From contig JBNRSN020000026.1 in NCBI GenBank assembly GCA_051313645.2, positions 78,120,001-78,184,000 on the forward strand: DNA of 64,000 bases, given 5' to 3'. The stretch comes from Centroscyllium fabricii (Eukaryota). Below the pieces are notes generated by a model. It ran no database searches and was not told the DNA's origin. It saw only the letters and a list, made by a program, of their open reading frames with translations. Positions 1 through 13,104 of the stretch are shown here, piece after piece; the stretch's first letter is position 1, and each line of letters starts with the position of its first letter. The position numbers and the translations under genes are program-made.

Positions 1-1190
1 AGATATTATATCTAGTTCCCTCGTCTAGATCATTAATATATATTGTGAATAGCTGGGGTCCTAGCACCAAGCCCTGTGGTACACCACTAGTCACTGCCTG
101 CCACTCAGAAAAAGACCCATTTATTCCAACTCTTTGCTTCCTGTCTGCCAACCAGTTTTCTATCCAAGACAGTACCTTACCCCCAATCCCATGTGCTTTA
201 ACTTTGCACGCTAATCTCTTATTTGGGACCTTATCGAAAGCCTTCTGAAAGTCCAAATACACCACATCCACTGGTTCTCCCTTATCTATTCTACCAGTTA
301 CATCCTCAAAAATTTCCAGTAGATTAGTCAAGCATGATTTACCTTTTGTAAATCCATGTTGACTTTGTCCGATCCTGTGGATTCCCCACTACCAATGTTA
401 GGCTTACTGGTCTATAATTACCCATTTTCTCTCTACCACCTATTTTAAATAGTGGGGTTACATTAGCTACCCTCCAATCGATGGGAACTGTGCCTGAGTC
501 TATAGAATTTTGAAAGATGACCAGCAATGCATCTACTATTTCTAGAGCCACTTCCTTAAGTATCCTAGGATGTAGATTCTCAGGCCCTGGGGATTTATCG
601 GCCTTCAATCCCATCAATTTCCCTAACACCATTTTCCTACAAACACTGATTTCATTCAGTTCCTCCCTCTCATTAGACCCTATATTCCCCAACATCTCTG
701 GGAGGTTATTTGTGTCCTCATTTGTGAAGACAGAACCAAAGTATGTATTTAATTGGTCAGCCATTTCTTTGTTCCCCATTATAAATTTCCCTGATTCTAA
801 CTGATTCTACGCTTGACTACACCAATCTTTTTCTCTTCACATATCTAGAAAAGCTTTTACAGTCAGTTTTTATGTTCCCTGAAAGCTTTCTCTCATATTC
901 TATTTCCCCCCTCTTAATGAATCCCTTTGTCCTCCTTTGTTGAATCCTAAACTGCCCCCAATCCTCAGGTTTGCTACTTTTTCTGGGCAATTTATATGTC
1001 CTCTCCTTGGATCTTATGCTATCCCTAATTTCCCTTGTTAACCACGGTTGAGTCACCTTTTTTGTTTTATTTTTATGCCAAACAGGGATGAACAAATTCT
1101 GTAGTTCATCCATGTGATCTTTAAATGTTTGCGATTGCCTATCCACCGTCAACTCTGTGAGTAACATCCCCCAATCCATCCTAGCCAACT
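1..1190 (-). mobile_element. CR1-clade LINE, ORF2 fragment with internal deletions, runs off the window start
   Basis: Minus ORFs 817-1233 (QPWLTREIRDSIRSKE) and 339-779 (YFGSVFT, KSPGPENLHPRILKE, DWRVANVTPLFK, NYRPVSLT); minus-strand [16 protein letters not shown] near 20-90. Confidence 0.93.
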
Positions 1191-2578
1191 TGCGCCTAAC
1201 ATCTGTTGTTGGGAAAATGCTAGAGTCCTTCATTAAGAAAGCGGTAGCAGCGCCTTTGGAAAATCAGGATGCAGTCAAGCAGAGTCATCATGGTTTTATG
1301 AAAGGGAAATCATGTTTAACAAAGTTGCTGGAGTTCTTTGAGGATGTAACGTGCAGGGTGGACAAAGGTGAGCCAGTGGATGTGGAGTATTTGGATTTCC
1401 AGAAGGCATTCGATAAAGTGCCACATAAAAGATTATTGCATGAGATAAGGACTCATGGAGTTGGGGGTAACATGTTAGCATGGATAGAGAATTGGCTAAC
1501 TAACAAAAAGCAGAGAGTCAGGATAAATGGATCATTTTCCAGTTGGCAAACGGTAACTAGTGGGATGCCACAGGGATCGGTGCTGGGGCCTCAAAAATTT
1601 ACAATCTACATTAATGACTTGGATGAAGGGACCGACTGTAATGTGGCCAAGTTTGCGGATGATACAATGATGGGTGGGAAAGCAAGTTGTGCAGAGGACT
1701 CAAAGAATCTGCAAAGGGATATAGACAGGCTAAGTGAGTGGGCAAACATTTGGCAGATGGAGTATAATGTGGGAAAGTGTGAGGTTATCCACTTTGGCAG
1801 GAAAATAAAAAAGCAAATTATTATTTAAATGGAGAGAGATTACAAAATGCTACAGTTCAGAGGGACCTGGGGGTCCTTGTGCATGAAACACAAAAGGTTA
1901 GCAGCAGATACATCAAATAATCAAAAAGGCAAATGGAATGTTGGCCTTTATTTCAAGACGGTTGGAGTGTAAAAGCAGGGAAGTCCTGCTACAACTGTAC
2001 AGGGTATTGGTGAGACCACACCTGGAGTACTGCGCACAGTTTTGTTCTCCTTATTTAAGGAAGGATATACTTTCATTGGAGGCAGTTCAGAGACAATTCA
2101 CTCGGTTAATTCCAGAGATGAGAGGGTTGACTTATGAGGAAAGGTTGAGCAGGTTGTGCCTATACACATTGGAGTTTAGAAGAATGAGAGGTGATCTTAT
2201 TGAAACATATAAGATACTGAGGGGGCTCGACAAGGTAGATGCAGAGAGGATGTTTCCCCTTGTGGGGAAATCTAGAACTCGGGGACACCGTCTCAGAGTA
2301 ATGGGGTGCCCTTTTAGAACTGAGATGAGGAGGAATTTCTTCTCTCAGAGGGTCGTAAATCTGTGGAATTCTCTGCCACAGGGAGCTGTGGCGGCTGGGT
2401 CATTAAATACATTTAAGGTGGAGATAGACACATTTTTGCAAGATAAGGGAGTGAAGGGTTATGGGAAGCGGGCAGGGAAGTGACTTTGAGCCCAAGACCA
2501 GCCATGATCTTACTGAATGGTGGAGCAGGCTCGAGAGGCCAAGTGGCCGATTCCTGCTCCTATTTCTTATGTTCTTAA
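1191..2578 (+). mobile_element. CR1-clade LINE, 5'-truncated, RT domain to 3' tail, disrupted
   Basis: ORF 1157-1828 with [27 protein letters not shown]; ORF 1938-2483 with VRPHLEYC, RRMRGDLIE, RVVNLWNSLP; 3' UTR ending cctatttcttatgttctta. Confidence 0.95.
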
Positions 2579-2804
2579 CTGACTGTTCTTCACACCGGAA
2601 CCCACGCAACGAGCCTGGGCAGACTATTTGATGGCAAAAGTCATCACAGCCCAGGTGGATCCTAGCCTGACTGGACACAATGTGGAGTCTTAACCTTCTC
2701 TTTCAGTTCCACATGGGCAGTTCAGTCACCCACTGGGCAATCAAGCACAATGTTTCACCTTTAATGGATTTAACCGATATTCCAGCTCTGACTGCTTTAA
2801 GCAA

Positions 2805-3310
2805 TTTTTTATTTATTCGTACCTGGGCTGTGGGCATCGCCGGCAAGGCCGGCATTTATTGCCCATCCCTAATTGCCCTTGAGAAGGTGGTGGTGAGCCG
2901 TCTTCTTAGAAACATAGAAACATAGAAGATAGGAGCAGGAGTAGGCCATTCGGCCCTTTGAGCCCGCTCCGCCATTCAATGAGATCATGGCTGATCATCC
3001 AAACCCAGCACCCTGTCCCTGCCTTGTCCCCATATCCCTCGGTCCCTATCGAGCCTACCCTATCCTACATATCGAGCCTACATATCCTACCCTATCCCCG
3101 TAACCCCACATATTCAATTCCCCTAACACTAAGGGTCAATTTATCATGGCCAATCTACCTAACCCACACATTCTTGAACCGCTGCAGTCCGTGTGGTGAA
3201 GGTACTCCCACAGTGCTGTTAGTGGGTGAGCTCTAGGATTTTGATCCAGCGACGATGAAGGAACGGTGATATATTTCCAAGTCAGGATGGTGTGTGTCTT
3301 GGAGGACCTA
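2805..3310 (-). mobile_element. LINE 3' end (same family as 18895-19214) interrupted by an HE1-like SINE fragment at ~2907-3171
   Basis: Reverse complement of the tail ggactgcagcggttcaagaa..caccaccaccttctcaagggcaattagggatggg; ttctt repeated on both sides of the inserted SINE. Confidence 0.8.
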
Positions 3311-3961
3311 TTACATTTCAAACGTACATTTCAGAATATATTTCAAAGCAAAGTGACTGACCCTTTAAACACTGGTGACTTGTATAGTTGGATCCCAATG
3401 ATCAGACCTGGTATGAATGTAATTGATTTCATGTCTTACAGTTTGAATGATGCATTCTATGCTACATTTCCATGGAGACAGATATTGTCCGCTTTGTTAC
3501 AATCCCCTTCAGAGACACGTGGTGTGGGTAGAGACTCTGTAACTGGAAAATATGTGATACATAAATACTTCATAGACGCTAACCTGGAAATTGAGCAAAA
3601 GCTGACCAACAGATTCAGAAAAACCTGACAAGTCAAAGATAGCCCTGAGTTTATGCCCAAGACTTATAGCCCCTCTGTAAACCTGGTGGGAAACGGGCTG
3701 TAGATGTTACACAGCACTTGTAGAGTGAAAGAATGTGGAAAAATTAAATTAACAGTATTTGTTAATTGTATTAATAATACAGGTATTTAACTGGCTAATT
3801 TAACATGTAGGCAACAGTTTTATTCCCTGAGATCATTATAGGACCATGTACCACAGGAACAGGAGGAGATCATTCAGCCCATCGAGCCTGTTCCGCAATT
3901 AAACTAGCTCATGGCTGACCTGTACCAGAACTCCATATACCCTCCCTTGATACCATTACCT

Positions 3962-4428
3962 AACAACAACAACTTTATTTATATAGCGCCTTCAGTAGCA
4001 TAGTAAAACGTCCAAAGGCGCTTCACAGGAGTATTATAAGACAAAAAATTTGACACTGAGCCATATAAGGAGAAATTAGGACAGGTGACCAAAGGCTTGG
4101 TCAAAGAGGTAGATTTTAAGGAGTGTCTTAAAGGAGGAAAGAGAGGTAGCGAGGCAGAGAGGTTTAGGGAGGGAATTCCAGAGCTTAGGGCCCAGGCAAC
4201 AGAAGGCACGGCCACCAAAGGTTGAGTGATTATAATCAGGGATGCTCAAGAGGGCAGAACTAGGGGAGCGCAGATATCACGGGGTTTGTAGGGCCGGCGG
4301 AGGTTACAGAGATAGGGAGAAGCGAGGCCATAGAGGGATTTGAAAACAAGGATGAGAATTTGGAAATCAAGGCATTGCTTAACTGGGAACCAATGTAGGT
4401 CAGCGAGCACAGGGGTGCTGGGCGAACG
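3962..4428 (-). mobile_element. L2-clade LINE 3' fragment
   Basis: (aac)n tail plus tttatatagcgcc; minus strand reads ..PKLWNSLP..FKTLLK.YLFDQAF as in the longer copy at 25106-25681. Confidence 0.85.
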
Positions 4429-4609
4429 AAGATCACCTGAAAGCCAGAGGATGGCTTGTATGGTCTGTGCTGGCCATGGTCATTCTTCCCGGCCACTCTC
4501 TGACCGCTGTTCATTGCAAATACCTCTGGATTCAAGGGTGTTTCACAGCTCCTACGAATTAAACTAAACTTAGGAAGGGTTCTTTAAACAGAAGACATTT
4601 GATTAGTTT

Positions 4610-5021
4610 ACATAGAAACATAGAAACATAGAAGATAGGAGCAGGAGTAGGCCATTCGGCCCTTCGAGCCTGCTCCGCCATTCAATGAGATCATGGCTGA
4701 TCATCCAAACCCAGTACCCCGCCCCTACACTCTCCCCATATCCCTCGATCCCTATCGAGCCTGCACCGACACATAACCCACCCTATCCCCGTAACCCCAC
4801 TTATTCAATCTCCCTAACACTAAGGGTCAATTTGTCATGGCCAATCAACCTAACCCGCACATCTTTGGACTGTGGGAGGAAACCGGAGCACCCGGAGGAA
4901 ACCCACGCAGACACGGGGAGAATGTGCAAACTCCACACAGATAGTACCCGAGGCTGGATTTGAACCCGGGCCTCTAGTGCTGTAAGGCAACAGTGCTAAC
5001 CACTATGCCACCGTGCCGCCC
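4610..5021 (-). mobile_element. Full-length tRNA-derived V-SINE (HE1-like) with CR1-type tail
   Basis: Reverse complement of the 11640-12040 element: Pol III A/B boxes, V-domain, (ctatgttt)n tail. Confidence 0.9.
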
Positions 5022-5217
5022 CTTTCACGTACAACTCCTGCTTACAATTAAAAGAAGGGGAAAAAACAACTTTAAAAGAATGTTAACTAGGAAATGTTAA
5101 TTAAAAAGCTTAAAAATAATTGATTGTGAATTGTTATCTTGGTCAAATACTGCCGAAATGCAGAGAAACTGTTTTATGCCGTGAGGAAGTTAGCAAAAAA
5201 TAAGCGCAACATTCTAT

Positions 5218-6095
5218 AACATAGAAACATAGAAACATAGAAGATAGGAGCAGGAGTAGGCCATTCGGCCCCTCGAGCCTGAACCGCCATTCAATGAGAT
5301 TACGGCTGATCATCCAAACTCAGTACCCTGTCCCTGCCTTCTCTCTATATCCCTTGATCCCTTTAGCCTTAAGAAATATATCTAACTCCTTCTTGAATAT
5401 ATTTAATGAATTGGCCTCTACTGCCTTCTGTGGTAGAGAATTCCACAGGCTCACCACTCTCTGGGTGAAGAAATTCCTCCTCATCTCTGTCCTAAATAGC
5501 TTACCCCTTATCCTTAGACTGTGAGCCCTGGTTCTGGACTCCCCCACCATCAGGAACATCCTTCCTGCATCTAGTCTGTCCAGTCCTATTAGAATTTTAT
5601 AACTTTCAATGAGATCCCCTTGCATTCTTCTAAACTCCAGCGAGTATAAACCCATTCAGCCCAATCTCTCCTCATATGTCATTCCTGCCATCCCAGGTAT
5701 CAGCCTGGTGAATCTTCGCTGCACTCCCTCCGTGGCAAGAACATCCTTCCTTAGACAAGGCGACCAAAATTGCACACAATAGTCAAGATGTCGTCTCACC
5801 AAGGCCCTGTACAACTGTAGCAAGACATCCTTGTTCCTGTACTCAAACCATCTCGCTACGAAGGCTAACATACCATTTGCCTTCTTAACCGCCTGCTGCA
5901 CCTGCATGCTTACCTTCAGCGGCTAATGCACAAGGACACCCAGGTCTCACTGCACTTCCCCTTCTCCCAATCTATTGCCATTCAGACAATAATCTGCCTT
6001 CCTGTTTTTGACACCAAAGTGGATAACCTCGCATTTATCCACATTATATTGCATCTGCCATGCTTCTGCCCAATCACCCAACCTGTCCAAATCAT
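5218..6095 (-). mobile_element. CR1-clade LINE 3' fragment
   Basis: ORFs 5656-5907 and 5320-5655 (LYRALVR, GDLIE, RVVSLWNSLP); (ctatgttt)n tail. Confidence 0.93.
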
Positions 6096-6129
6096 ACTGG
6101 AGTTTTTGCAACAATCGACAATGGTATCA

Positions 6130-6624
6130 GGGGAGGCGGTGGCATAGTGGTTATGTCACCAGACTAGTAAGCCAGAGGCTCAGTCATAATGCTCTGCCGA
6201 TATGGATTCGAATCCCACCATGGCAGCTGGTGGAATTTAAATTCAATTCAATTTAATTCTGGAATTAAATGTTAGTCTTAGTGATGGCGACCATGATACC
6301 ATTGTCGATTGTTGCAAAAACCCATCTGGTACACTAATGTCCTTCAGGGAAGGAAATCTGCCGTCCTTACCTGGTCTGGCCTACATGTGACTCCAGACCC
6401 ACAGCAATGTGGTTGACTCTTAATGCCCTCTGAAATAGCCTGGCAAGCCACTCAGTTGTAAACAACCGCTACGCAACATTGTGGGTGTACCTACACCATA
6501 TGGACTGCAGCGGTTCAAGAAGGCAGTTCACCACCATCTTCTCAAGGGCATTTAGGGATGGGCACTAAATGCAGGCCTAGCCAGCCAGCGACGCCCACAT
6601 CCTATCAACGAATAGAAAAAAAAA
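6130..6624 (+). mobile_element. Full-length tRNA-derived SINE with LINE-derived tail and poly(A)
   Basis: A box tggcatagtgg, B box gattcgaatcc, central block, last ~140 bp matching the LINE 3' end at 19075-19214. Confidence 0.85.
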
Positions 6625-6805
6625 GGTCGCCATTACTAAGACTAACATTTAATTCCAGAATTAATTTGAATTGAATTTAAATTCCACCAGCTGCCGTGGT
6701 GGGATTTGAACCCATATCGTCAGAGCATTTGACTGAGCCTCTGGCTTACTAGTCTAGTGACATAACCACTACGCCACCGCCACCGCCACCGCCACCGCCT
6801 CCCCC
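6625..6805 (-). mobile_element. Inverted 5' part of the same SINE
   Basis: Close reverse complement of 6130-6292, with a (gccacc)4 expansion. Confidence 0.85.
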
Positions 6806-7519
6806 GCTTGATCACAAGATAATGGCCGATGATAAAATCTATTCAACTCGTTCTCATTCATCTGTCCAGTTAAATTGCACAGTCCCCACTATTGCAGCTT
6901 CCAATGCTTCTGAAATGATTCCAGAGGATTGACCTGCATTGTTCTATCCGGAAATATGTTCCAAGAACTGGTCGCTCTTTGTGTGAAGGAGAGTTTCCTG
7001 ACATTAGTCCTTTTACTAGTTTGAAACTGTGTCCTGTTCTTGCTATGTACCTCGGTGATGTTTTTCAAGAGGAACTCAGATCCTCTTTTGGAAATTTTAA
7101 ATGCTGGAAATACACACATGCTGGGCAGCTCCCTCTTAACCCGATCGATGCTGACCGATCTGCTGGTTATTTCTAGCATGTTCTGTTTTTTCTTTCAGGT
7201 TCCCCACCTTTTCATTCTTTTTCGAAAAATGAATCATTTAATCCAGGTTTTCTTTGCGGGAATGTGTGGAGATGGAGTGACCTGCGCAGCCTACAGTAGA
7301 ATGCGGGACACAGCCAATAGATGCAGCATGTGAATTAATGAGGTCGGGGACATTTTTTTGTCAGAGGTCTTTTATTGTTCTGGAAAATTATTGGGAATAT
7401 TAAAATACACAAGGTAATTTCAATGCTTGTTTCATACAATTTATGTCAATTTCCCATACCCTCAATGCTGCCTCCGAGTATCTTAATAATATAGAATCGA
7501 CTCAGCATGAATGGGTTAT

Positions 7520-8447
7520 AAGAACATAAGAACATAAGAAATAGGAGCAGGAGTAGGCCAATCGGCCACTCGAGCCTGCTCTGCCATTCAACAAGATCAT
7601 GGCTGATCTGATCTTAACCTCAAATCTACTTTCACTCTCCATCCCGCCCAAACCCATGCGATCTCCCGGGAGAGGCGAAAAACCAGACAAAAAGCCAGTG
7701 GCCAATATGCGAGAGAAAATCTGGGAAATTGCTCTCTGACCCATCTAGGTGATCGAAACTGGTCCAGGAGATCACATTGTCGATCTGAACCAAGCCTCAC
7801 GTCCACTTACTTGCCCGCTCACCGTAACCCCTAATTTCCTTTACTTCCAAGAAACTACCTGTCTCGGTTTTAAACTTATTCAAAGTAGTAGCTTCCACAG
7901 CTCTCTGGGGCAGAAAATTCCACAGACCCACCACCCTCTGAGTGAAGAAGTTTCTTCTCATCTCAGTTTTGAAAGGGCAGCCCCTAATTCTCAGATTATG
8001 CCCCCTAGTTCTAGTCTCACCCATCAGTGGAAACATCCTCACCGCATCCACCCGATCAAGCCCCTGCACAATCTTATATGTTTCAATAAGATCGCCTCTA
8101 ATTCTTCTGAATTCCAATGAGTAGAGGCCCAACCTACTCAACCTTTCCTCATAAGTCAACCCCCTCATCTCCGGAATCAACCGAGTGAATCTTCTCTGAA
8201 CTGCCTCGAGAGCAAGTATATCCTTTCTCAAATATGGAAACCAAAACTGTACACAGTATTCCAGATGTTGACTCAACAATACCCTGTATAACTGCAGCAG
8301 GACTTCCCTGTTTTTATACTCCACCCCCCTTGCAATAAAGGCCAAGATTCTATTGGCCTTCCGGATTACCTGCTGTACCTGTACACTAACCTTCTGTGTT
8401 TCATGCACCAGGACCCCCAGATCCCTTTGTACTTTACCACTTTGAAG
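7520..8447 (-). mobile_element. CR1-clade LINE 3' fragment
   Basis: ORF 7797-8510 (QRDLGVLVH, HLEYCVQFW, GDLIE, RVVGLWN); (aagaacat)n tail at ~7520. Confidence 0.9.
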
Positions 8448-8452
8448 TTTCT

Positions 8453-8922
8453 CCTGGGATGGCAGGAATGACGTATGAGGAGAGATTGGGTCGATTGAGC
8501 TTATACTCACCGGAGTTTATAAGAATGAGAGGGGATCTCATTGAAACTTATAAAATTCAAACAGGACTGGACAGACTAGATGCAGGAAGGATGTTCCCGA
8601 TGGTGAGGGAGTCCAGAACCAGGGGTCACAGTCTAAGGATAAGGGGTAAGCCATTTAGGACAGAGATGAGGAGGAATTTCTTTACCCAGAGAGTGGTGAA
8701 CCTGTGGAATTCTCTATCACAGAAGGCCGTAGAGGCCAATTCATTAAATATATTCAAGAAGGAGTTGGATATATTTCTTAAGGCTAAAGGGATCGAGGGA
8801 TATGGAGAGAAGGCAGGGACAGGGTACTGAGTTTGGATGATCAGCCGTGATCTCATTGAATGGCGGAGCAGGCTCGAGGGGCCGAATGGCCTACTCCAGC
8901 TCCTATATTCTATGTTTCTATG
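8453..8922 (+). mobile_element. CR1-clade LINE 3' fragment, same subfamily as 5218-6095
   Basis: ORF 8396-8830 C-terminal part nearly identical to ORF 5320-5655; ctatgtttctatg tail. Confidence 0.93.
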
Positions 8923-9117
8923 ATACAGTAACATTTAAAGTTCCGAAAGTGATCTCTGCGATTTCATTTGTTCCATTCACCGTGTGCAAGCCAATCGGTT
9001 GAGCCGTGTTGTAAAATGAGTCAAACGTGCTGGAAATCTGAAAGTGGCAAAGAGATATTTTAAACTGAAGCCGTAACTTCTAGATTAAGATCAATGATTT
9101 TTCTGAACTGTCAGAAA

Positions 9118-11243
9118 CAATAGAACATAGAACATAGAACATACAGCACTGTACAGGCTCTTGGGCCCTCAATGTAGTGCCGCCCTTATTCCGTCTCTGA
9201 TTTTTCCTGTCCCCCCTACTGTTCCTTCCCTTCCATGTACCTGTCTATCATCCTTTTAAAAGCACCCAGACTGTCCGCATCCACTATTTCAGATGGTAGC
9301 CTATTCCATTCCCCGACCACTCTTTGTGTGAAGAACTTGCCCCTGCCATCCCGTCTGAATCTTCCTCCTTGAATCTTGTGCTCGTGTCCTCTTGTTGTCG
9401 TTCTTCCCGCCCGGGGAAACAGTCTTTGCACATTTACTCTGTCGATCCCCTTCATCATTTTGTACATCTCTATCAGGTCCCCCCTCTTCCTTCTTCGTTC
9501 CAGGGAGAAGAGTCCCAGTTCCCTTAACCGTTCCTCGTATGACTTTCCCCCCATTCCCGGCAGCATCCTGGTGAATCTCCTCTGCACTCTTTCCAGTGCC
9601 TCCACATCCCTCCTGTAGTACGGTGCCCAGAACTGCACACAGTACTCCACGTGTGGTCTCACCAGTGACCTGTACAACTGCAGCATGACCTCCCGGTTCT
9701 TAAACTCTATTCCCCTGTTGATGAAGGCCAATACACCATAGGCCTTTTTTACTGCTTTGTCCACCTGGGTGGCAGCCTTCAGTGATCTGTGTACATATAC
9801 TCCCAGATCCCTTTGCTCCTCTGCTTCACTCAGGATCCTGCCGTTGACCCTATATTCCCTCTTCCTATTTGCCCTGCCGAAGTGCATCACCTCGCATTTC
9901 CCCGTGTTGAACTCCATTTGCCATTCTTCAGCCCAGCTCTGCATCCTGTCTATATCCCTCTGAATCGTTCTACTCCCTTCCTCCTCATCCACTACTCCCC
10001 CAATCTTTGTGTCATCCGCAAATTTGCTGACCCACCCCTCAGCCCCCTCCTCCAAGTCATTGATGAAGATTACAAACAGTAGTGGCCCCAACACCGACCC
10101 CTGTGGTACCCCGCTGGTGACCGGTCTCCAGCTCGAGTATTGGCCTTCTACCACTACCCTCTGCTTCCTCTGAGCCAGCCAGTTCTCAATCCATCCCACC
10201 ACTTTGCTGCTTACCCCGCAACTCCTTACTTTCTTCATGAGCCGACCGTGCGGGACCTTGTCGAACGCCTTGCTGAAGTCCATATATATGACATCAACTG
10301 CCTTTCCCTCGTCCACACTCTTGGTCACCTCTTCAAAGAATTCTATCAGGTTGGTCAGGCACGATTTACCCTTAACAAAACCGTGCTGACTGCTTCTGAT
10401 TACTTTGCCCCTTTCTAGATGGTCGTAGATCTTGTCCCTCAGGACCCTTTCCATCATCTTTCCAACCACTGAGGTGAGGCTGACTGGTCTGTAGTTCCCT
10501 GGCACGTCCCTTTTCCCCTTTTTAAATATGGGAGCCACATTCGCCTCTCTCCAGTCCTCAGGGACTATCCCCGAGGATAGCGATGATCTAAAGATAGAGG
10601 TCAGTGGCTCTGCGATTTCGTTCCTCGCCTCCCAGAGAATCCTTGGATATATCCCGTCTGGCCCAGGAGATTTGTCTACCTTTAGTTTCTCCAAAATATC
10701 TAATACCTCCCCCCTCTGGATATTTACTTCCCCCATCCTTTCCCCTTATATCTTGAACTCCCCCTCTACTTTTTGTTCCCTCTCCCTTGTGAACACGGAC
10801 GCAAAATATTCGTTTAGTGCTTCCCCAATTTCCTCTGGCTCCGTGCACGTTTCTCCCTTGCTGTCTTTGATCGGCCCTACTCTTACCCTAGTCATCCTTT
10901 TGTTTCTTACGTACGCATAGAAAGCCTTAGGGTTCTCCTTTATCCTTCTCGCTAATGCCTTCTCGTGCCCTCCCTTTGCCTTCCTTAGCCCATTTTTCAG
11001 ATTTTTCCTTGCTTCTTTGTACTCCCTTCCCGCCCCTTCTGTACTCTGTTTTCTCATTTTATCATATGCTTCCTTCTTCTTTTTTACTAATTGTTCTACC
11101 TCTTTCGTGATCCATGGTTCTCTCATCTTACCCTTTTTTCCCATCCTACTCGGGACATGCTTATCCAGGGCTTTCAAAATTTTCTCCCTGAACACTCTCC
11201 ATTTTTCTTCCGTTCCTCTCCCCGCAAGTTCCCGTTCCCAGTG
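9118..11243 (-). mobile_element. Well-preserved 5'-truncated CR1-clade LINE with uninterrupted RT domain
   Basis: 506-aa ORF 9216-10736 with all RT motifs (YMDFSKAFDKV, GVPQGSVLGP, KFADDT), in frame with ORF 10746-11324 across one TAA; (tagaaca)n tail; possible TSD tg[t/a]cagaaa. Confidence 0.97.
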
Positions 11244-11639
11244 ACAGAAAAAGTAACCGAGTTCATTTGCCAATAAATCCATTTGTGGTTGTGTTGTTCG
11301 GCCCGAATAGAGAGAGTGACACAAGGTTTAGAGAAAATAAAATATATTTACTTTCAGCTGTGTAAAAAAAATCCTGGCCATTGCCGTATAGAATTGAAAA
11401 ACAACCCACTAGTTCATTGCTTACCGCGCTTGCATTGATCAGTATCCACCATTCGAGCTGTCAAAATTCACCTCGATATGATTTCCCTCCCCCTAAAGTT
11501 CGTTAATTTTGCATATGTGACAGATGAGAAATCGTTTTTTTTACCAGCGAACGTGCAACAAGCATCATATCGAACGTATAACACACACACACTTAATAAA
11601 AAGTATTCATATCCTTGCGGATCAACGTCACTCACTTAA

Positions 11640-12040
11640 GGGCAGCACGGTAGCATAGTGGTTAGCACTGTTGCCTCACAGCACTGGAGACCCGGGTTCA
11701 AAGCCAGCCTCGGGCACTATCTGTGTGGAGTTTGCACATTCTCCCCGTGTCTGCGTGGGTTTTCTCCGGGTGCTCCGGTTTCCTCCCACAGTCCAAAGAT
11801 GTGCGGGTTAGGTTGATTGGCCAGGATAAATTGACCCTTAGTGCGAGGGGGATTGAATGTGTGGGGTTACGGGGATAGGGTGAGATATGTATCGGTGCAG
11901 GCTCGATAGGGATCGAGCGATATGGGAGAGGGCAGGGACAGGGTACTGGGTTTGGATGATCAGCCATGATCTCATTGAATGGCGGAGCAGGCTCGAAGGG
12001 CCGAATGGCCTACTCCTGCTCCTATCTTCTATGTTTCTAT
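11640..12040 (+). mobile_element. Full-length tRNA-derived V-SINE (HE1-like)
   Basis: A box tagcatagtgg, B box ggttcaaagcc, V-domain tgtgtggagtttgcacattctccccgtgtctgcgtgggttt, CR1-shared tail. Confidence 0.92.
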
Positions 12041-12257
12041 CGCAGGGATAACGAGCCAACTGACAGCCACTTCCCCTGCTCATAAATGTCACTTCTTATG
12101 TGTCTTCTCGTCTGATCAGTTAAGCCTTGGTGAACAAAACGAGTAGTCAAACGCTGCATCCAAATTAACATAAAAGTATTTGGGATCCCTTAGGTTCCTT
12201 AACCATCATTGTGGGACCGAGCTGATAAGATCTGGGCAGTGTGTGTTGTGTGTATGT

Positions 12258-12438
12258 TAAAACACCTTTGTCTGCTCTGTATGTCTCTCTGCTGAAGTGT
12301 GATGTTGGAGAGATTCCCTTGTATATACGCTGTCTTCTAATTAACTTCTCTTTCACCTGAGGAAGGAGCAGCGCTCCGAAAGCTTGTGATTTCGAATAAA
12401 ACTGTTGACTATAACCTGGTGTTGTGTGACTTCTTGCA
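12258..12438 (+). mobile_element. Penelope-like terminal-repeat fragment (family A) with hammerhead motif
   Basis: Flanked by a 16-bp direct repeat tgtgttgtgtgtatgt (12242-12257, 12439-12454); shares sequence with 36862, 47737 and 60503 elements. Confidence 0.8.
12353..12389 (+). ncRNA. Minimal type I hammerhead ribozyme motif
   Basis: tcac-CTGAGGA-a-ggagc/agc/gctcc-GAAA-gc-TT-gtga: stems I and II pair, palindromic AGCT in place of stem III. Confidence 0.7.
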
Positions 12439-13104
12439 TGTGTTGTGTGTATGTGTGTTGGTGCAATCAAGGCATCAGACTGTTTACATCAACTGATTGT
12501 TGTTTGAGGACCGGAATGATTGCACTCGATATATTCACCAAACACCACCCCCCACCCCCAGATTTATCATGTGATTTTGCAGTCTCCCTATCCGCCTCTG
12601 ACCCAATGTTCCTGGGTTTAAGAGTGAGTGCTAAGACTAATTCTGTGCAAACGATGAGCATTTCAGCCCTCAGTAATTCAGTAGTTACGATTTTTAAACA
12701 TTCCAACTCGATACCGTACCCTTGAAATAAAATAATCATGTTAAAATAGCATTGCTTCGCCTGAGATAAAGACTGGAAAGATTGAGGGAGCAGACGGCAA
12801 GACTAAAAGAGAAAGAGAAACGAAAGAGCGGCTAGACAAAGACAGACTCGAGGGAAATTAAAGAGAGCCGCAACAGAGCGAGACTAGAAAAAAAAATCGA
12901 GAGAAAAATTAGAGAGGTTTGACTCAATGAGAGGCTAGAAATAGAAATAAAGTCCAGGGAGCAGAATGAAATAGAACCGTGAGAGGAGATGCCAGAGTGA
13001 TAGAGATAGCGAGGGGGTGACAAGCAGAGAGAAACCGAGAGTAGAAAATGATGCTCCTAATTAACATGTTTTAAAACATTATTCACAATCCTTGGCAAAT
13101 TTCC

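Noticed and set aside
11640-11712. tRNA genes here and at 4950-5021, 6130, 45948
   Set aside because: SINE heads continuing into SINE bodies
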